From contig OZ024764.1 in NCBI GenBank assembly GCA_964016885.1, positions 25,234,001-25,298,000 on the forward strand: a stretch of DNA of 64,000 nucleotides. The letters run 5' to 3'. The stretch is from Eledone cirrhosa. Its lineage: Eukaryota. Shown here piece by piece: positions 9,301 through 24,300 of this stretch; the stretch's first letter is position 1, and each line of letters begins with the position of its first letter. The translations under genes were made by a program, and so were the position numbers. Below the pieces are notes generated by a model that saw nothing but the letters and a program-made list of their open reading frames with translations, was not told the origin of the DNA and searched no databases.

Positions 9301-12300
9301 TGCCAGTGGTGGAGGGGGGACAGGAGTTTCTGACAGTAATGTCTACCATATAGGTGGTGCCAGTGGTGGAGGGGAGACAGGAGTTTCTGACAGTAATGTC
9401 TACCATATAGGTGGTGCCAGTGGTGGAGGGGGGGGGGAGACAGGAGTTTCTGACAGTAATGTGTACCATATAGGTGGTGCCAGTGGTGGAGGAGAGACAG
9501 GAGTTTCTGACAGTAATGTGTACCATATAGGTGGTGCCAGTGATGGAGGGGGAGACAGGAGTTTCTGACAGTAATGTCTACCATATAGGTGGTGCCAGTG
9601 ATGGAGGGGAGACAGGAGTTTCTGACAGTAATGTGTACCATATAGGTGGTGCCAGTGATGGAGGGAGACAGGAGTTTTCTGACAGTAATGTCTACCATAT
9701 AGATGGTGCCAGTGATGGAGGGGAGACAGGAGTTTCTGACAGTAATGTCTACCATATAGGTGGTGCCAGTGGTGGAGGAGAGACAGGAGTTTCTGACAGT
9801 AATGTCTACCATATAGGTGGTGCCAGTGATGGAGGGGAGACAGGAGTTTCTGACAGTAATGTCTACCATATAGGTGGTGCCAGTGGTGGAGGGGAGACAG
9901 GAGTTTCTGACAGTAATGTCTACATATAGGTGGTGCCAGTGGTGGAGGGGAGACAGGAGTTTCTGACAGTGATGGTCTACCATATAGGTGGTGCCAGTGG
10001 TGGAGGGGGAAGGCAGGAGTTTCTGACAGTAATGTCTACCATATAGGTGGTGCCAGTGGTGGAGGAGGGGAGACAGGAGTTTCTGACAGTAATGTCTACC
10101 ATATAGGTGGTGCCAGTGGTGGAGGAGGGGAGACAGGAGTTTCTGACAGTAATGTCTACCATATAGGTGGTGCCAGTGGTGGAGGAGGGGGGACAGGAGT
10201 TTCTGACAGTAATGTCTACCATATAGGTGGTGCCAGTGGTGGAGGGGGGACAGGAGTTTCTGACAGTAATGTCTACCATATAGGTGGTGCCAGTGGTGGA
10301 GGGGGGACAGGAGTTTCTGACAGTAATGTCTACCATATAGGTGGTGCCAGTGGTGGAGAAGGGGAGACAGGAGTTTCTGACAGTAATGTCTACCATATAG
10401 GTGGTGCCAGTGGTGGAGGGGGGGACAGGAGTTTCTGACAGTAATGTCTACCATATAGGTGGTGCCAGTGGTGGAGGAGAGACAGGAGTTTCTGACAGTA
10501 ATGTCTACCATATAGGTGGTGCCAGTGGTGGAGGAGGGGAGACAGGAGTTTCTGTCAGTAATGTCTACCATATAGGTGGTGCCAGTGGAGGAGGGGGGGA
10601 GACAGGAGTTTCTGTCAGTAATGTCTACCATATAGGTGGTGCCAGTGGTGGAGGAGGGGAGACAGGAGTTTCTGACAGTAATGTCTACCATATAGGTGGT
10701 GCCAGTGGTGGAGAGGAGACAGGAGTTTCTGACAGTAATGTCTACCATATAGGTGGTGCCAGTGGTGGAGGGGAGACAGGAGTTTCTGACAGTAATGTCT
10801 ACCATATAGGTGGTGCCAGTGGTGGAGGGGAGACAGGAGTTTCTGACAGTAATGTCTACCATATAGGTGGTGCCAGTGGTGGAGGGGAGACAGGAGTTTC
10901 TGACAGTAATGTGTACCATATAGGTGGTACCAGCGGTGGAGGGGAGACAGGAGTTTCTGACAGTAATGTGTACCATATAGATGGTGCCAGTGGTGGAGGG
11001 GGGGAGACAGGAGTTTCTGACAGTAATGTGTACCATATAGGTGGTGCCAGTGGTGTAGAGGAGACAGGAGTTTCTGACAGTAATGTCTACCATATAGGTG
11101 GTGCCAGTGGTGGAGGGGAGACAGGAGTTTCTGACAGTAATGTCTACCATATAGGTGGTGCCAGTGGTGAAGGGGAGACAGGAGTTTCTGACAGTAATGT
11201 GTACCATATAGGTGGTACCAGCGGTGGAGGGGGAGACAGGAGTTTCTGACAGTAATGTGTACCATATAGGTGGTGCCAGTGGTGGAGGGGGGACAGGAGT
11301 TTCTGACAGTAATGTGTACCATATAGGTGGTGCCCAGTGGTGGAGGAGGGGAGACAGGAGTTTCTGTCAGTAATGTCTACCATATAGGTGGTGCCAGTGG
11401 TGGAGGGGAGACAGGAGTTTCTGACAGTAATGTCTACCATATAGGTGGTGCCAGTGGTGGAGGAGGGGAGACAGGAGTTTCTGTCAGTAATGTCTACCAT
11501 ATAGGTGCTGCCAGTGGTGGAGGGGGGGAGACAGGAGTTTCTGTCAGTAATGTCTACCATATAGGTGGTGCCAGTGGTGGAGGGGAGGCAGGAGTTTCTG
11601 ACAGTAATGTCTACCATATAGGTGGTGCCAGTGGTGGAGGGGAGGCAGGAGTTTCTGACAGTAATGTCTACCATATAGGTGGTGCCAGTGGTGGAGGGGA
11701 GACAGGAGTTTCTGACAGTAATGTCTACCATATAGGTGGTGCCAGTGGTGGAGGGGAGACAGGAGTTTCTGACAGTAATGTCTACCATATAGGTGGTGCC
11801 AGTGGTGGAGGGGAGGCAGGAGTTTCTGACAGTAATGTCTACCATATAGGTGGTGCCAGTGGTGGAGGGGAGGCAGGAGTTTCTGACAGTAATGTCTACC
11901 ATATACATGGTGCCAGTGGTGGAGGGGGAGACAGGAGTTTCTGACAGTAATGTCTACCATATAGGTGGTGCCAGTGGTGGAGGGGAGACAGGAGTTTCTG
12001 ACAGTAATGTCTACCATATAGGTGGTGCCAGTGGTGGAGGGGGGGAGACAGGAGTTTCTGACAGTAATGTGTACCATATAGGTGGTGCCAGTGGTGGAGG
12101 GGGGGAGACAGGAGTTTCTGACAGTAATGTGTACCATATAGGTGGTGCCAGTGGTGGAGGAGGGGAGACAGGAGTTTCTGACAGTAATGTCTACCATATA
12201 GGTGGTGCCAGTGGTGGAGGGGGGACATGAGTTTCTGACAGTAATGTCTACCATATAGGTGGTGCCAGTGGTGGAGGAGAGACAGGAGTTTCTGACAGTA

Positions 12301-15300
12301 ATGTCTACCATATAGGTGGTGCCAGTGGTGGAGGAGGGGAGACAGGTGTTTCTGTCAGTAATGTCTACCATATAGGTGGTGCCAGTGGAGGAGGGGGGGA
12401 GACAGGAGTTTCTGTCAGTAATGTCTACCATACAGGTGGTGCCAGTGGTGGAGGAGGGGAGACAGGAGTTTCTGACAGTAATGTCTACCATATAGGTGGT
12501 GCCAGTGGTGGAGAGGAGACAGGAGTTTCTGACAGTAATGTCTACCATATAGGTGGTGCCAGTGGTGGAGGGGAGACAGGAGTTTCTGACAGTAATGTCT
12601 ACCATATAGGTGGTGCCAGTGGTGGAGGGGAGACAGGAGTTTCTGACAGTAATGTCTACCATATAGGTGGTGCCAGTGGTGGAGGGGAGACAGGAGTTTT
12701 CTGACAGTAATGTTCGTACCATATAGGTGGTACCAGCGGTGGAGGAGGGAGACAGGAGTTTCTGACAGTAATGTGTACCATATAGGGTGGTGCCAGTGGT
12801 GTAGAGGAGACAGGAGTTTCTGACAGTAATGTCTACCATATAGGTGGTGCCAGTGGTGGAGGGGAGACAGGAGTTTCTGACAGTAATGTCTACCATATAG
12901 GTGGTGCCAGTGGTGAAGGGGAGACAGGAGTTTCTGACAGTAATGTGTACCATATAGGTGGTACCAGCGGTGGAGGGGAGACAGGAGTTTCTGACAGTAA
13001 TGTGTACCATATAGGTGGTGCCAGTGGTGGAGGAGGGGAGACAGGAGTTTCTGTCAGTAATGTCTACCATATAGGTGGTGCCAGTGGTGGAGGGGAGACA
13101 GGAGTTTCTGACAGTAATGTCTACCATATAGGTGGTGCCAGTGGTGGAGGAGGGGAGACAGGAGTTTCTGTCAGTAATGTCTACCATATAGGTGCTGCCA
13201 GTGGTGGAGGGGGGGAGACAGGAGTTTCTGTCAGTAATGTCTACCATATAGGTGGTGCCAGTGGTGGAGGGGAGGCAGGAGTTTCTGACAGTAATGTCTA
13301 CCATATAGGTGGTGCCAGTGGTGGAGGGGAGGCAGGAGTTTCTGACAGTAATGTCTACCATATAGGTGGTGCCAGTGGTGGAGGGAGACAGGAGTTTCTG
13401 ACAGTAATGTCTACCATATAGGTGGTGCCAGTGGTGGAGGGGAGGCAGGAGTTTCTGACAGTAATGTCTACCATATAGGTGGTGCCAGTGGTGGAGGGGA
13501 GGCAGGAGTTTCTGACAGTAATGTCTACCATATACATGGTGCCAGTGGTGGAGGGGAGACAGGAGTTTCTGACAGTAATGTCTACCATATAGGTGGTGCC
13601 AGTGGTGGAGGGGAGACAGGAGTTTCTGACAGTAATGTCTACCATATAGGTGGTGCCAGTGGTGGAGGGGGGGAGACAGGAGTTTCTGACAGTAATGTGT
13701 ACCATATAGGTGGTGCCAGTGGTGGAGGGGGGGGAGACAGGAGTTTCTGACAGTAATGTGTACCATATAGGTGGTGCCAGTGGTGGAGGAGGGGACAGGA
13801 GTTTCTGACAGTAATGTCTACCATATAGGTGGTGCCAGTGGTGGAGGGGAGACAGGAGTTTCTGACAGTAATGTCTACCATATAGTTGGTGCCAGTGGTG
13901 GAGGGGAGACAGGAGTTTCTGACAGTAATGTCTACCATATACATGGTGCCAGTGGTGGAGAGGAGACAGGAGTTTTCTGACAGTAATGTCTACCATATAG
14001 GTGGTGCCAGTGGTGGAGGGGAGACAGAAGTTTCTGACAGTAATGTCTACCATATAGGTGGTGCCAGTGGTGGAGGGGGGGAGACAGGAGTTTCTGACAG
14101 TAATGTGTACCATATAGGTGGTGCCAGTGGTGGAGGGGGGACAGGAGTTTCTGACAGTAATGTCTACCATATAGGTGGTGCCAGTGGTGGAGGAGGGAGG
14201 ACAGGAGTTTCTGACAGTAATGTCTACCATATAGGTGGTGCCAGTGGTGGAGGAGGGGAGACAGGAGTTTCTGACAGTAATGTGTACCATATAGGTGGTG
14301 CCAGTGGTGGAGGGAGGACAGGAGTTTCTGACAGTAATGTCTACCATATAGGTGGTGCCAGTGGTGGAGGAGGGGAGACAGGAGTTTCTGACAGTAATGT
14401 CTACCATATAGGTGGTGCCAGTGGTGGAGGGAGGACAGGAGTTTCTGACAGTAATGTCTACCATATAGGTGGTGCCAGTGGTGGAGGTGAGACAGGAGTT
14501 TCTGACAGTAATGTCTACCATATAGGTGGTGCCAGTGGTGGAGGAGGGGAGACAGGAGTTTCTGACAGTAATGTCTACCCATATAGGTGGTGCCAGTGGT
14601 GGAGGGGGGACAGGAGTTTCTGACAGTAATGTCTACCATATAGGTGGTGCCAGTGGTGGAGGTGAGACAGGAGTTTCTGACAGTAATGTCTACCATATAG
14701 GTGGTGCAGTGGTGGAGGGGGGGGGGGGAGACAGGAGTTTCTGTCAGTAATGTCTACCATATAGGTGGTGCCAGTGGTGGAGGAGGGGAGACAGGAGTTT
14801 CTGACAGTAATGTCTACCATATAGGTGGTGCCAGTGGTGGAGGAGGGGAGACAGGAGTTTCTGACAGTAATGTCTACCATATAGGTGGTGCCAGTGGTGG
14901 AGGGGAGGCAGGAGTTTCTGACAGTAATGTCTACCATATAGGTGGTGCCAGTGGTGGAGGGGAGACAGGGGTTTCTGACAGTAATGTCTACCATATAGGT
15001 GGTGCCAGTGGTGGAGGAGGGGAGACAGGAGTTTCTGACAGTAATGTCTACCATATAGGTGGTGCCAGTGGTGGAGGGGGGGGGGGACAGGAGTTTCTGT
15101 CAGTAATGTCTACCATATAGGTGGTGCCAGTGGTGGAGGAGGGGAGACAGGAGTTTCTGACAGTAATGTCTACCATATAGGTGGTGCCAGTGGTGGAGGA
15201 GGGGAGACAGGAGTTTCTGACAGTAATGTCTACCATATAGGTGGTGCCAGTGGTGGAGGGGAGACAGGAGTTTCTGACAGTAATGTCTACCATATAGGTG

Positions 15301-18300
15301 GTGCAGTGTTGGAGGGGAGGACAGGAGTTTCTGACAGTAATGTCTACCATATAGGTGGTGCCAGTGGTGGAGGAGGGCAGACAGGAGTTTCTGACAGTAA
15401 TGTCTACCATATAGGTGGTGCCAGTGGTGGAGGGGAGACAGGAGTTTCTGACAGTAATGTCTACCATATAGGTGGTGCCAGTGGTGGAGGGGAGACAGGA
15501 GTTTCTGACAGTAATGTCTACCATATAGGTGGTGCCAGTGGTGGAGGGGGAGACAGGAGTTTCTGACAGTAATGTCTACCATATAGGTGGTGCCAATGCT
15601 GGAGGAGGGGGGACAGGAGTTTCTGACAGTAATGTCTACCATATAGGTGGTGCCAGTGGTGGAGGGGAGGCAGGAGTTTCTGACAGTAATGTCTACCATA
15701 TAGGTGGTGCCAGTGGTGGAGGGGAGACAGGAGTTTCTGACAGTAATGTCTACCATATAGGTGGTGCCAGTGTTGGAGGGGAGACAGGAGTTTCTGACAG
15801 TAATGTCTACCATATAGGTGGTGCCAGTGGTGGAGGAGGGGAGACAGGAGTTTCTGACAGTAATGTCTACCATATAGGTGGTGCCAGTGGTGGAGGGGGG
15901 GAGACAGGAGTTTCTGACAGTAATGTGTACCATATAGGTGGTGCCAGTGGTGGAGGGGAGACAGGAGTTTCTGACAGTAATGTCTACCATATAGGTGGTG
16001 CCAGTGTTGGAGGGGAGACAGGAGTTTCTGACAGTAATGTCTACCATATAGGTGGTGCCAGTGGTGGAGGGGAGGCAGGAGTTTCTGACAGTAATGTCTA
16101 CCATATAGGTGGTGCCAGTGGTGGAGGGGAGACAGGAGTTTCTGACAGTAATGTCTACCATATAGGTGGTGCCAGTGTTGGAGGGGAGACAGGAGTTTCT
16201 GACAGTAATGTCTACCATATAGGTGGTGCCAGTGGTGGAGGAGGGGAGACAGGAGTTTCTGACAGTAATGTCTACCATATAGGTGGTGCCAGTGGTGGAG
16301 GGGGGGAGACAGGAGTTTCTGACAGTAATGTGTACCATATAGGTGGTGCCAGTGGTGGAGGGGAGACAGGAGTTTCTGACAGTAATGTCTACCATATAGG
16401 TGGTGCCAGTGTTGGAGGGGAGACAGGAGTTTCTGACAGTAATGTCTACCATATAGGTGGTGCCAGTGGTGGAGGGGGGGAGACAGGAGTTTCTGACAGT
16501 AATGTGTACCATATAGGTGGTGCCAGTGGTGGAGGAGGGGAGACAGGAGTTTCTGACAGTAATGTCTACCATATAGGTGGTGCCAGTGGTGGAGGGGGGG
16601 AGACAGGAGTTTCTGACAGTAATGTCTACCATATAGGTGGTGCCAGTGGTGGAGGAGGGGAGACAGGAGTTTCTGACAGTAATGTGTACCATATAGGTGG
16701 TGCCAGTGGTGGAGGAGGGGAGACAGGAGTTTCTGACAGTAATGTCTACCATATAGGTGGTGCCAGTGGTGGAGGGGAGACAGGAGTTTCTGACAGTAAT
16801 GTCTACCATATAGGTGGTGCCAGTGGTGGAGGAGGGGAGACAGGAGTTTCTGACAGTAATGTCTACCATATAGGTGGTGCCAGTGGTGGAGGGGAGACAG
16901 GAGTTTCTGACAGTAATGTCTACCATATAGGTGGTGCCAGTGTTGGAGGGGAGACAGGAGTTTCTGACAGTAATGTCTACCATATAGGTGGTGCCAGTGG
17001 TGGAGGGGAGGCAGGAGTTTCTGACAGTAATGTCTACCATATAGGTGGTGCCAGTGGTGGAGGGGAGACAGGAGTTTCTGACAGTAATGTCTACCATATA
17101 GGTGGTGCCAGTGTTGGAGGGGAGACAGGAGTTTCTGACAGTAATGTCTACCATATAGGTGGTGCCAGTGGTGGAGGAGGGGAGACAGGAGTTTCTGACA
17201 GTAATGTCTACCATATAGGTGGTGCCAGTGGTGGAGGGGGGGAGACAGGAGTTTCTGACAGTAATGTCTACCATATAGGTGGTGCCAGTGGTGGAGGGGG
17301 GGAGACAGGAGTTTCTGACAGTAATGTCTACCATATAGGTGGTGCCAGTGGTGGAGGGGGGGGAGACAGGAGTTTCTGACAGTAATGTCTACCATATAGG
17401 TGGTGCCAGTGGTGGAGGGGAGACAGGAGTTTCTGACAGTAATGTCTACCATATAGGTGGTGCCAGTGGTGGAGGGGGGGGAGACAGGAGTTTCTGACAG
17501 TAATGTCTACCATATAGGTGGTGCCAGTGGTGGAGGGGGGGAGACAGGAGTTTCTGACAGTAATGTGTACCATATAGGTGGTGCCTGTGGTGGAGGGGGG
17601 GAGACAGGAGTTTCTGACAGTAATGTCTACCATATAGGTGGTGCCTGTGGTGGAGGGGGGGAGACAGGAGTTTCTGACAGTAATGTCTACCATATAGGTG
17701 GTGCCAGTGGTGGAGGGGGGGGGGGAGACAGGAGTTTCTGACAGTAATGTGTACCATATAGGTGGTGCCAGTGGTGGAGGGGAGACAGGAGTTTCTGACA
17801 GTAATGTCTACCATATAGGTGGTGCCAGTGGTGGAGGAGGGGAGACAGGAGTTTCTGACAGTAATGTCTACCATATAGGTGGTGCCAGTGGTGGAGGGGG
17901 GGAGACAGGAGTTTCTGAGAGTAATGTCTACCATATAGGTGGTGCCAGTGGTGGAGGGGAGACAGGAGTTTCTGACAGTAATGTCTACCATATAGGTGGT
18001 GCCAGTGGTGGAGGGGAGACAGGAGTTTCTGACAGTAATGTCTACCATATAGGTGGTGCCAGTGGTGGAGGGGGGGCAGGAGTTTCTGACAGTAATGTCT
18101 ACCATATAGGTGGTGCCAGTGGTGGAGGAGAGACAGGAGTTTCTGACAGTAATGTCTACCATATAGGTGGTGCCAGTGGTGGAGGGGGGGAGACAGGAGT
18201 TTCTGACAGTAATGTCTACCATATAGGTGGTGCCAGTGGTGGAGGGGGGGAGACAGGAGTTTCTGAGAGTAATGTCTACCATATAGATGGTGCCAGTGGT

Positions 18301-21300
18301 GGAGGGGAGACAGGAGTTTCTGACAGTAATGTCTACCATATAGGTGGTGCCAGTGGTGGAGGGGGGACAGGAGTTTCTGACAGTAATGTCTACCATATAG
18401 GTGGTGCCAGTGGTGGAGGGGAGACAGGAGTTTCTGACAGTAATGTCTACCATATAGGTGGTGCCAGTGGTGGAGGGGAGACAGGAGTTTCTGACAGTAA
18501 TGTCTACCATATAGGTGGTGCCAGTGGTGGAGGGGGGACAGGAGTTTCTGACAGTAATGTCTACCATATAGGTGGTGCCAGTGGTGGAGGAGGGGAGACA
18601 GGAGTTTCTGACAGTAATGTCTACCATATAGGTGGTGCCAGTGGTGGAGGAGGGGAGACAGGAGTTTCTGACAGTAATGTCTACCATATAGGTGGTGCCA
18701 GTGGTGGAGGAGGGGAGACAGGAGTTTCTGACAGTAATGTCTACCATATAGGTGATGCCAGTGGTGGAGGGGGGGCAGGAGTTTCTGACAGTAATGTCTA
18801 CTATATAGGTGGTGCCAGTGGTGGATGGGGGGGAGACAGGAGTTTCTGACAGTAATGTCTACCATATAGGTTGTGCCAGTGGTGGTGGAGGGGAGACAGG
18901 AGTTTCTGACAGTAATGTCTACCATATAGGTGGTGCCAGTGGTGGAGGAGGGGAGACAGGAGTTTCTGACAGTAATGTCTACCATATAGGTGGTGCCAGT
19001 GGTGGAGGAGGGGGGACAGGAGTTTCTGACAGTAATGTCTACCATATAGGTGGTACCAGTGGTGGAGGAGGGGAGACAGGAGTTTCTGACAGTAATGTCT
19101 ACCATATAGGTGGTGCCAGTGGTGGACGGGAGACAGGAGTTTCTGACAGTAATGTCTAACATATAGGTGGTGCCAATGGTGGAGGGGGGACAGGAGTTTC
19201 TGACAGTAATGTGTACCATATAGGTGGTGCCAGTGGTGGAGGAGGGGGGACAGGAGTTTCTGACAGTAATGTGTACCATATAGGTGGTGCCAGTGGTGGA
19301 GGGGAGACAGGAGTTTCTGACAGTAATGTCTACCATATAGGTGGTGCCAGTGATGGAGGGGGGGGGGGAGACAGGAGTTTCTGACAGTAATGTGTACCAT
19401 ATAGGTGGTGCCAATGGTGGAGGGGGGACAGGAGTTTCTGACAGTAATGTCTACCATATAGGTGGTGCCAGTGGTGGAGGGGGGACAGGAGTTTCTGACA
19501 GTAATGTCTACCATATAGGTGGTGCCAGTGGTGGAGGAAGGGACAGGAGTTTCTGACAGTAATGTCTACCATATAGGTGGTGCCAATGGTGGAGGGGGGA
19601 CAGGAGTTTCTGACAGTAATGTCTACCATATAGGTGGTGCCAATGGTGGAGGGGGGACAGGAGTTTCTGACAGTAATGTCTACCATATAGGTGGTGCCAG
19701 TGGTGGAGGGGGGACAGGAGTTTCTGACAGTAATGTGTACCATATAGGTGGTGCCAGTGGTGGAGGAGGGGGGACAGGAGTTTCTGACAGTAATGTGTAC
19801 CATATAGGTGGTGCCAGTGGTGGAGGGGGGACAGGAGTTTCTGACAGTAATGTCTACCATATAGGTGGTGCCAGTGGTGGAGGGGAGACAGGAGTTTCTG
19901 ACAGTAATGTCTACCATATAGGTGGTGCCAGTGGTGGAGGGGGGGGGAGACAGGAGTTTCTGACAGTAATGTCTACCATATAGGTGGTGCCAGTGGTGGA
20001 GGAGAGACAGGAGTTTCTGACAGTAATGTGTACCATATAGGTGGTGCCAGTGATGGAGGGGAGACAGGAGTTTCTGACAGTAATGTCTACCATATAGGTG
20101 GTGCCAGTGATGGAGGGGAGACAGGAGTTTCTGACAGTAATGTGTACCATATAGGTGGTGCCAGTGATGGAGGGGAGACAGGAGTTTCTGACAGTAATGT
20201 GTACCATATAGATGGTGCCAGTGATGGAGGGGAGACAGGAGTTTCTGACAGTAATGTCTACCATATAGGTGGGGCCAGTGGTGGAGGAGGGGAGACAGGA
20301 GTTTCTGACAGTAATGTCTACCATATAGGTGGTGCCAGTGATGGAGGGGAGACAGGAGTTTCTGACAGTAATGTCTACCATATAGGTGGTGCCAGTGGTG
20401 GAGGGGAGACAGGAGTTTCTGACAGTAATGTCTACCATATAGGTGGATGCCAGTGGTGGAGGGGGGACAGGAGTTTCTGACAGTAATGTCTACCATATAG
20501 GTGGTGCCAGTGGTGGAGGAAGGGACAGGAGTTTCTGACAGTAATGTCTACCATATAGGTGGTGCCAATGGTGGAGGGGGGACAGGAGTTTCTGACAGTA
20601 ATGTCTACCATATAGGTGGTGCCAATGGTGGAGGGGGGACAGGAGTTTCTGACAGTAATGTCTACCATATAGGTGGTGCCAGTGGTGGAGGGGGGACAGG
20701 AGTTTCTGACAGTAATGTGTACCATATAGGTGGTGCCAGTGGTGGAGGAGGGGGGACAGGAGTTTCTGACAGTAATGTGTACCATATAGGTGGTGCCAGT
20801 GGTGGAGGGGGGACAGGAGTTTCTGACAGTAATGTCTACCATATAGGTGGTGCCAGTGGTGGAGGGGAGACAGGAGTTTCTGACAGTAATGTCTACCATA
20901 TAGGTGGTGCCAGTGGTGGAGGGGGGGGGGGGAGACAGGAGTTTCTGACAGTAATGTCTACCATATAGGTGGTGCCAGTGGTGGAGGAGAGACAGGAGTT
21001 TCTGACAGTAATGTGTACCATATAGGTGGTGCCAGTGATGGAGGGGAGACAGGAGTTTCTGACAGTAATGTCTACCATATAGGTGGTGCCAGTGATGGAG
21101 GGGAGACAGGAGTTTCTGACAGTAATGTGTACCATATAGGTGGTGCCAGTGATGGAGGGGAGACAGGAGTTTCTGACAGTAATGTGTACCATATAGATGG
21201 TGCCAGTGATGGAGGGGAGACAGGAGTTTCTGACAGTAATGTCTACCATATAGGTGGTGCCAGTGGTGGAGGAGAGACAGGAGTTTCTGTCAGTAATGTC

Positions 21301-24300
21301 TACCATATAGGTGGTGCCAGTGGAGGAGGGGGGGAGACAGGAGTTTCTGTCAGTAATGTCTACCATATAGGTGGTGCCAGTGGTGGAGGAGGGGAGACAG
21401 GAGTTTCTGACAGTAATGTCTACCATATAGGTGGTGCCAGTGGTGGAGAGGAGACAGGAGTTTCTGACAGTAATGTCTACCATATAGGTGGTGCCAGTGG
21501 TGGAGGGGAGACAGGAGTTTCTGACAGTAATGTCTACCATATAGGTGGTGCCAGTGGTGGAGGGGAGACAGGAGTTTCTGACAGTAATGTCTACCATATA
21601 GGTGGTGCCAGTGGTGGAGGGGAGACAGGAGTTTCTGACAGTAATGTGTACCATATAGGTGGTACCAGCGGTGGAGGGGAGACAGGAGTTTCTGACAGTA
21701 ATGTGTACCATATAGGTGGTGCCAGTGGTGTAGAGGAGACAGGAGTTTCTGACAGTAATGTCTACCATATAGGTGGTGCCAGTGGTGGAGGGGAGACAGG
21801 AGTTTCTGACAGTAATGTCTACCATATAGGTGGTGCCAGTGGTGAAGGGGAGACAGGAGTTTCTGACAGTAATGTGTACCATATAGGTGGTACCAGCGGT
21901 GGAGGGGAGACAGGAGTTTCTGACAGTAATGTGTACCATATAGGTGGTGCCAGTGGTGGAGGAGGGGAGACAGGAGTTTCTGTCAGTAATGTCTACCATA
22001 TAGGTGGTGCCAGTGGTGGAGGGGAGACAGGAGTTTCTGACAGTAATGTCTACCATATAGGTGGTGCCAGTGGTGGAGGAGGGGAGACAGGAGTTTCTGT
22101 CAGTAATGTCTACCATATAGGTGCTGCCAGTGGTGGAGGGGGGGAGACAGGAGTTTCTGTCAGTAATGTCTACCATATAGGTGGTGCCAGTGGTGGAGGG
22201 GAGGCAGGAGTTTCTGACAGTAATGTCTACCATATAGGTGGTGCCAGTGGTGGAGGGGAGGCAGGAGTTTCTGACAGTAATGTCTACCATATAGGTGGTG
22301 CCAGTGGTGGAGGGGAGACAGGAGTTTCTGACAGTAATGTCTACCATATAGGTGGTGCCAGTGGTGGAGGGGAGGCAGGAGTTTCTGACAGTAATGTCTA
22401 CCATATAGGTGGTGCCAGTGGTGGAGGGGAGGCAGGAGTTTCTGACAGTAATGTCTACCATATACATGGTGCCAGTGGTGGAGGGGAGACAGGAGTTTCT
22501 GACAGTAATGTCTACCATATAGGTGGTGCCAGTGGTGGAGGGGAGACAGGAGTTTCTGACAGTAATGTCTACCATATAGGTGGTGCCAGTGGTGGAGGGG
22601 GGGAGACAGGAGTTTCTGACAGTAATGTGTACCATATAGGTGGTGCCAGTGGTGGAGGGGGGGAGACAGGAGTTTCTGACAGTAATGTCTACCATATAGG
22701 TGGTGCCAGTGGTGGAGGGGAGACAGGAGTTTCTGACAGTAATGTCTACCATATAGGTGGTGCCAGTGGTGGAGGGGGGGAGACAGGAGTTTCTGACAGT
22801 AATGTGTACCATATAGGTGGTGCCAGTGGTGGAGGGGGGACAGGAGTTTCTGACAGTAATGTCTACCATATAGGTGGTGCCAGTGGTGGAGGGGAGACAG
22901 GAGTTTCTGACAGTAATGTGTACCATATAGGTGGTGCCAGTGGTGGAGGGGAGACAGGAGTTTCTGACAGTAATGTCTACCATATAGGTGGTGCCAGTGG
23001 TGGAGGAGGGGAGACAGGAGTTTCTGACAGTAATGTCTACCATATAGGTGGTGCCAGTGGTGGAGGGGGGGAGACAGGAGTTTCTGAGAGTAATGTCTAC
23101 CATATAGGTGGTGCCAGTGGTGGAGGGGAGACAGGAGTTTCTGACAGTAATGTGTACCATATAGGTGGTACCAGCGGTGGAGGGGAGACAGGAGTTTCTG
23201 ACAGTAATGTGTACCATATAGGTGGTGCCAGTGGTGGAGGAGGGGAGACAGGAGTTTCTGTCAGTAATGTCTACCATATAGGTGGTGCCAGTGGTGGAGG
23301 GGAGACAGGAGTTTCTGACAGTAATGTCTACCATATAGGTGGTGCCAGTGGTGGAGGAGGGGAGACAGGAGTTTCTGTCAGTAATGTCTACCATATAGGT
23401 GCTGCCAGTGGTGGAGGGGGGGAGACAGGAGTTTCTGTCAGTAATGTCTACCATATAGGTGGTGCCAGTGGTGGAGGGGAGGCAGGAGTTTCTGACAGTA
23501 ATGTCTACCATATAGGTGGTGCCAGTGGTGGAGGGGAGGCAGGAGTTTCTGACAGTAATGTCTACCATATAGGTGGTGCCAGTGGTGGAGGGGAGACAGG
23601 AGTTTCTGACAGTAATGTCTACCATATAGGTGGTGCCAGTGGTGGAGGGGAGGCAGGAGTTTCTGACAGTAATGTCTACCATATAGGTGGTGCCAGTGGT
23701 GGAGGGGAGGCAGGAGTTTCTGACAGTAATGTCTACCATATACATGGTGCCAGTGGTGGAGGGGAGACAGGAGTTTCTGACAGTAATGTCTACCATATAG
23801 GTGGTGCCAGTGGTGGAGGGGAGACAGGAGTTTCTGACAGTAATGTCTACCATATAGGTGGTGCCAGTGGTGGAGGGGGGGAGACAGGAGTTTCTGACAG
23901 TAATGTGTACCATATAGGTGGTGCCAGTGGTGGAGGGGGGGAGACAGGAGTTTCTGACAGTAATGTCTACCATATAGGTGGTGCCAGTGGTGGAGGGGAG
24001 ACAGGAGTTTCTGACAGTAATGTCTACCATATAGGTGGTGCCAGTGGTGGAGGGGGGGAGACAGGAGTTTCTGACAGTAATGTGTACCATATAGGTGGTG
24101 CCAGTGGTGGAGGGGGGACAGGAGTTTCTGACAGTAATGTCTACCATATAGGTGGTGCCAGTGGTGGAGGGGAGACAGGAGTTTCTGACAGTAATGTGTA
24201 CCATATAGGTGGTGCCAGTGGTGGAGGGGAGACAGGAGTTTCTGACAGTAATGTCTACCATATAGGTGGTGCCAGTGGTGGAGGAGGGGAGACAGGAGTT

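Noticed and set aside
15518-17452. C2H2 zinc-finger array (His/Cys-rich frame)
   Set aside because: The period is 19-20 aa with a single Cys. There is no CxxC-x12-HxxxH pattern or TGEKP linker.
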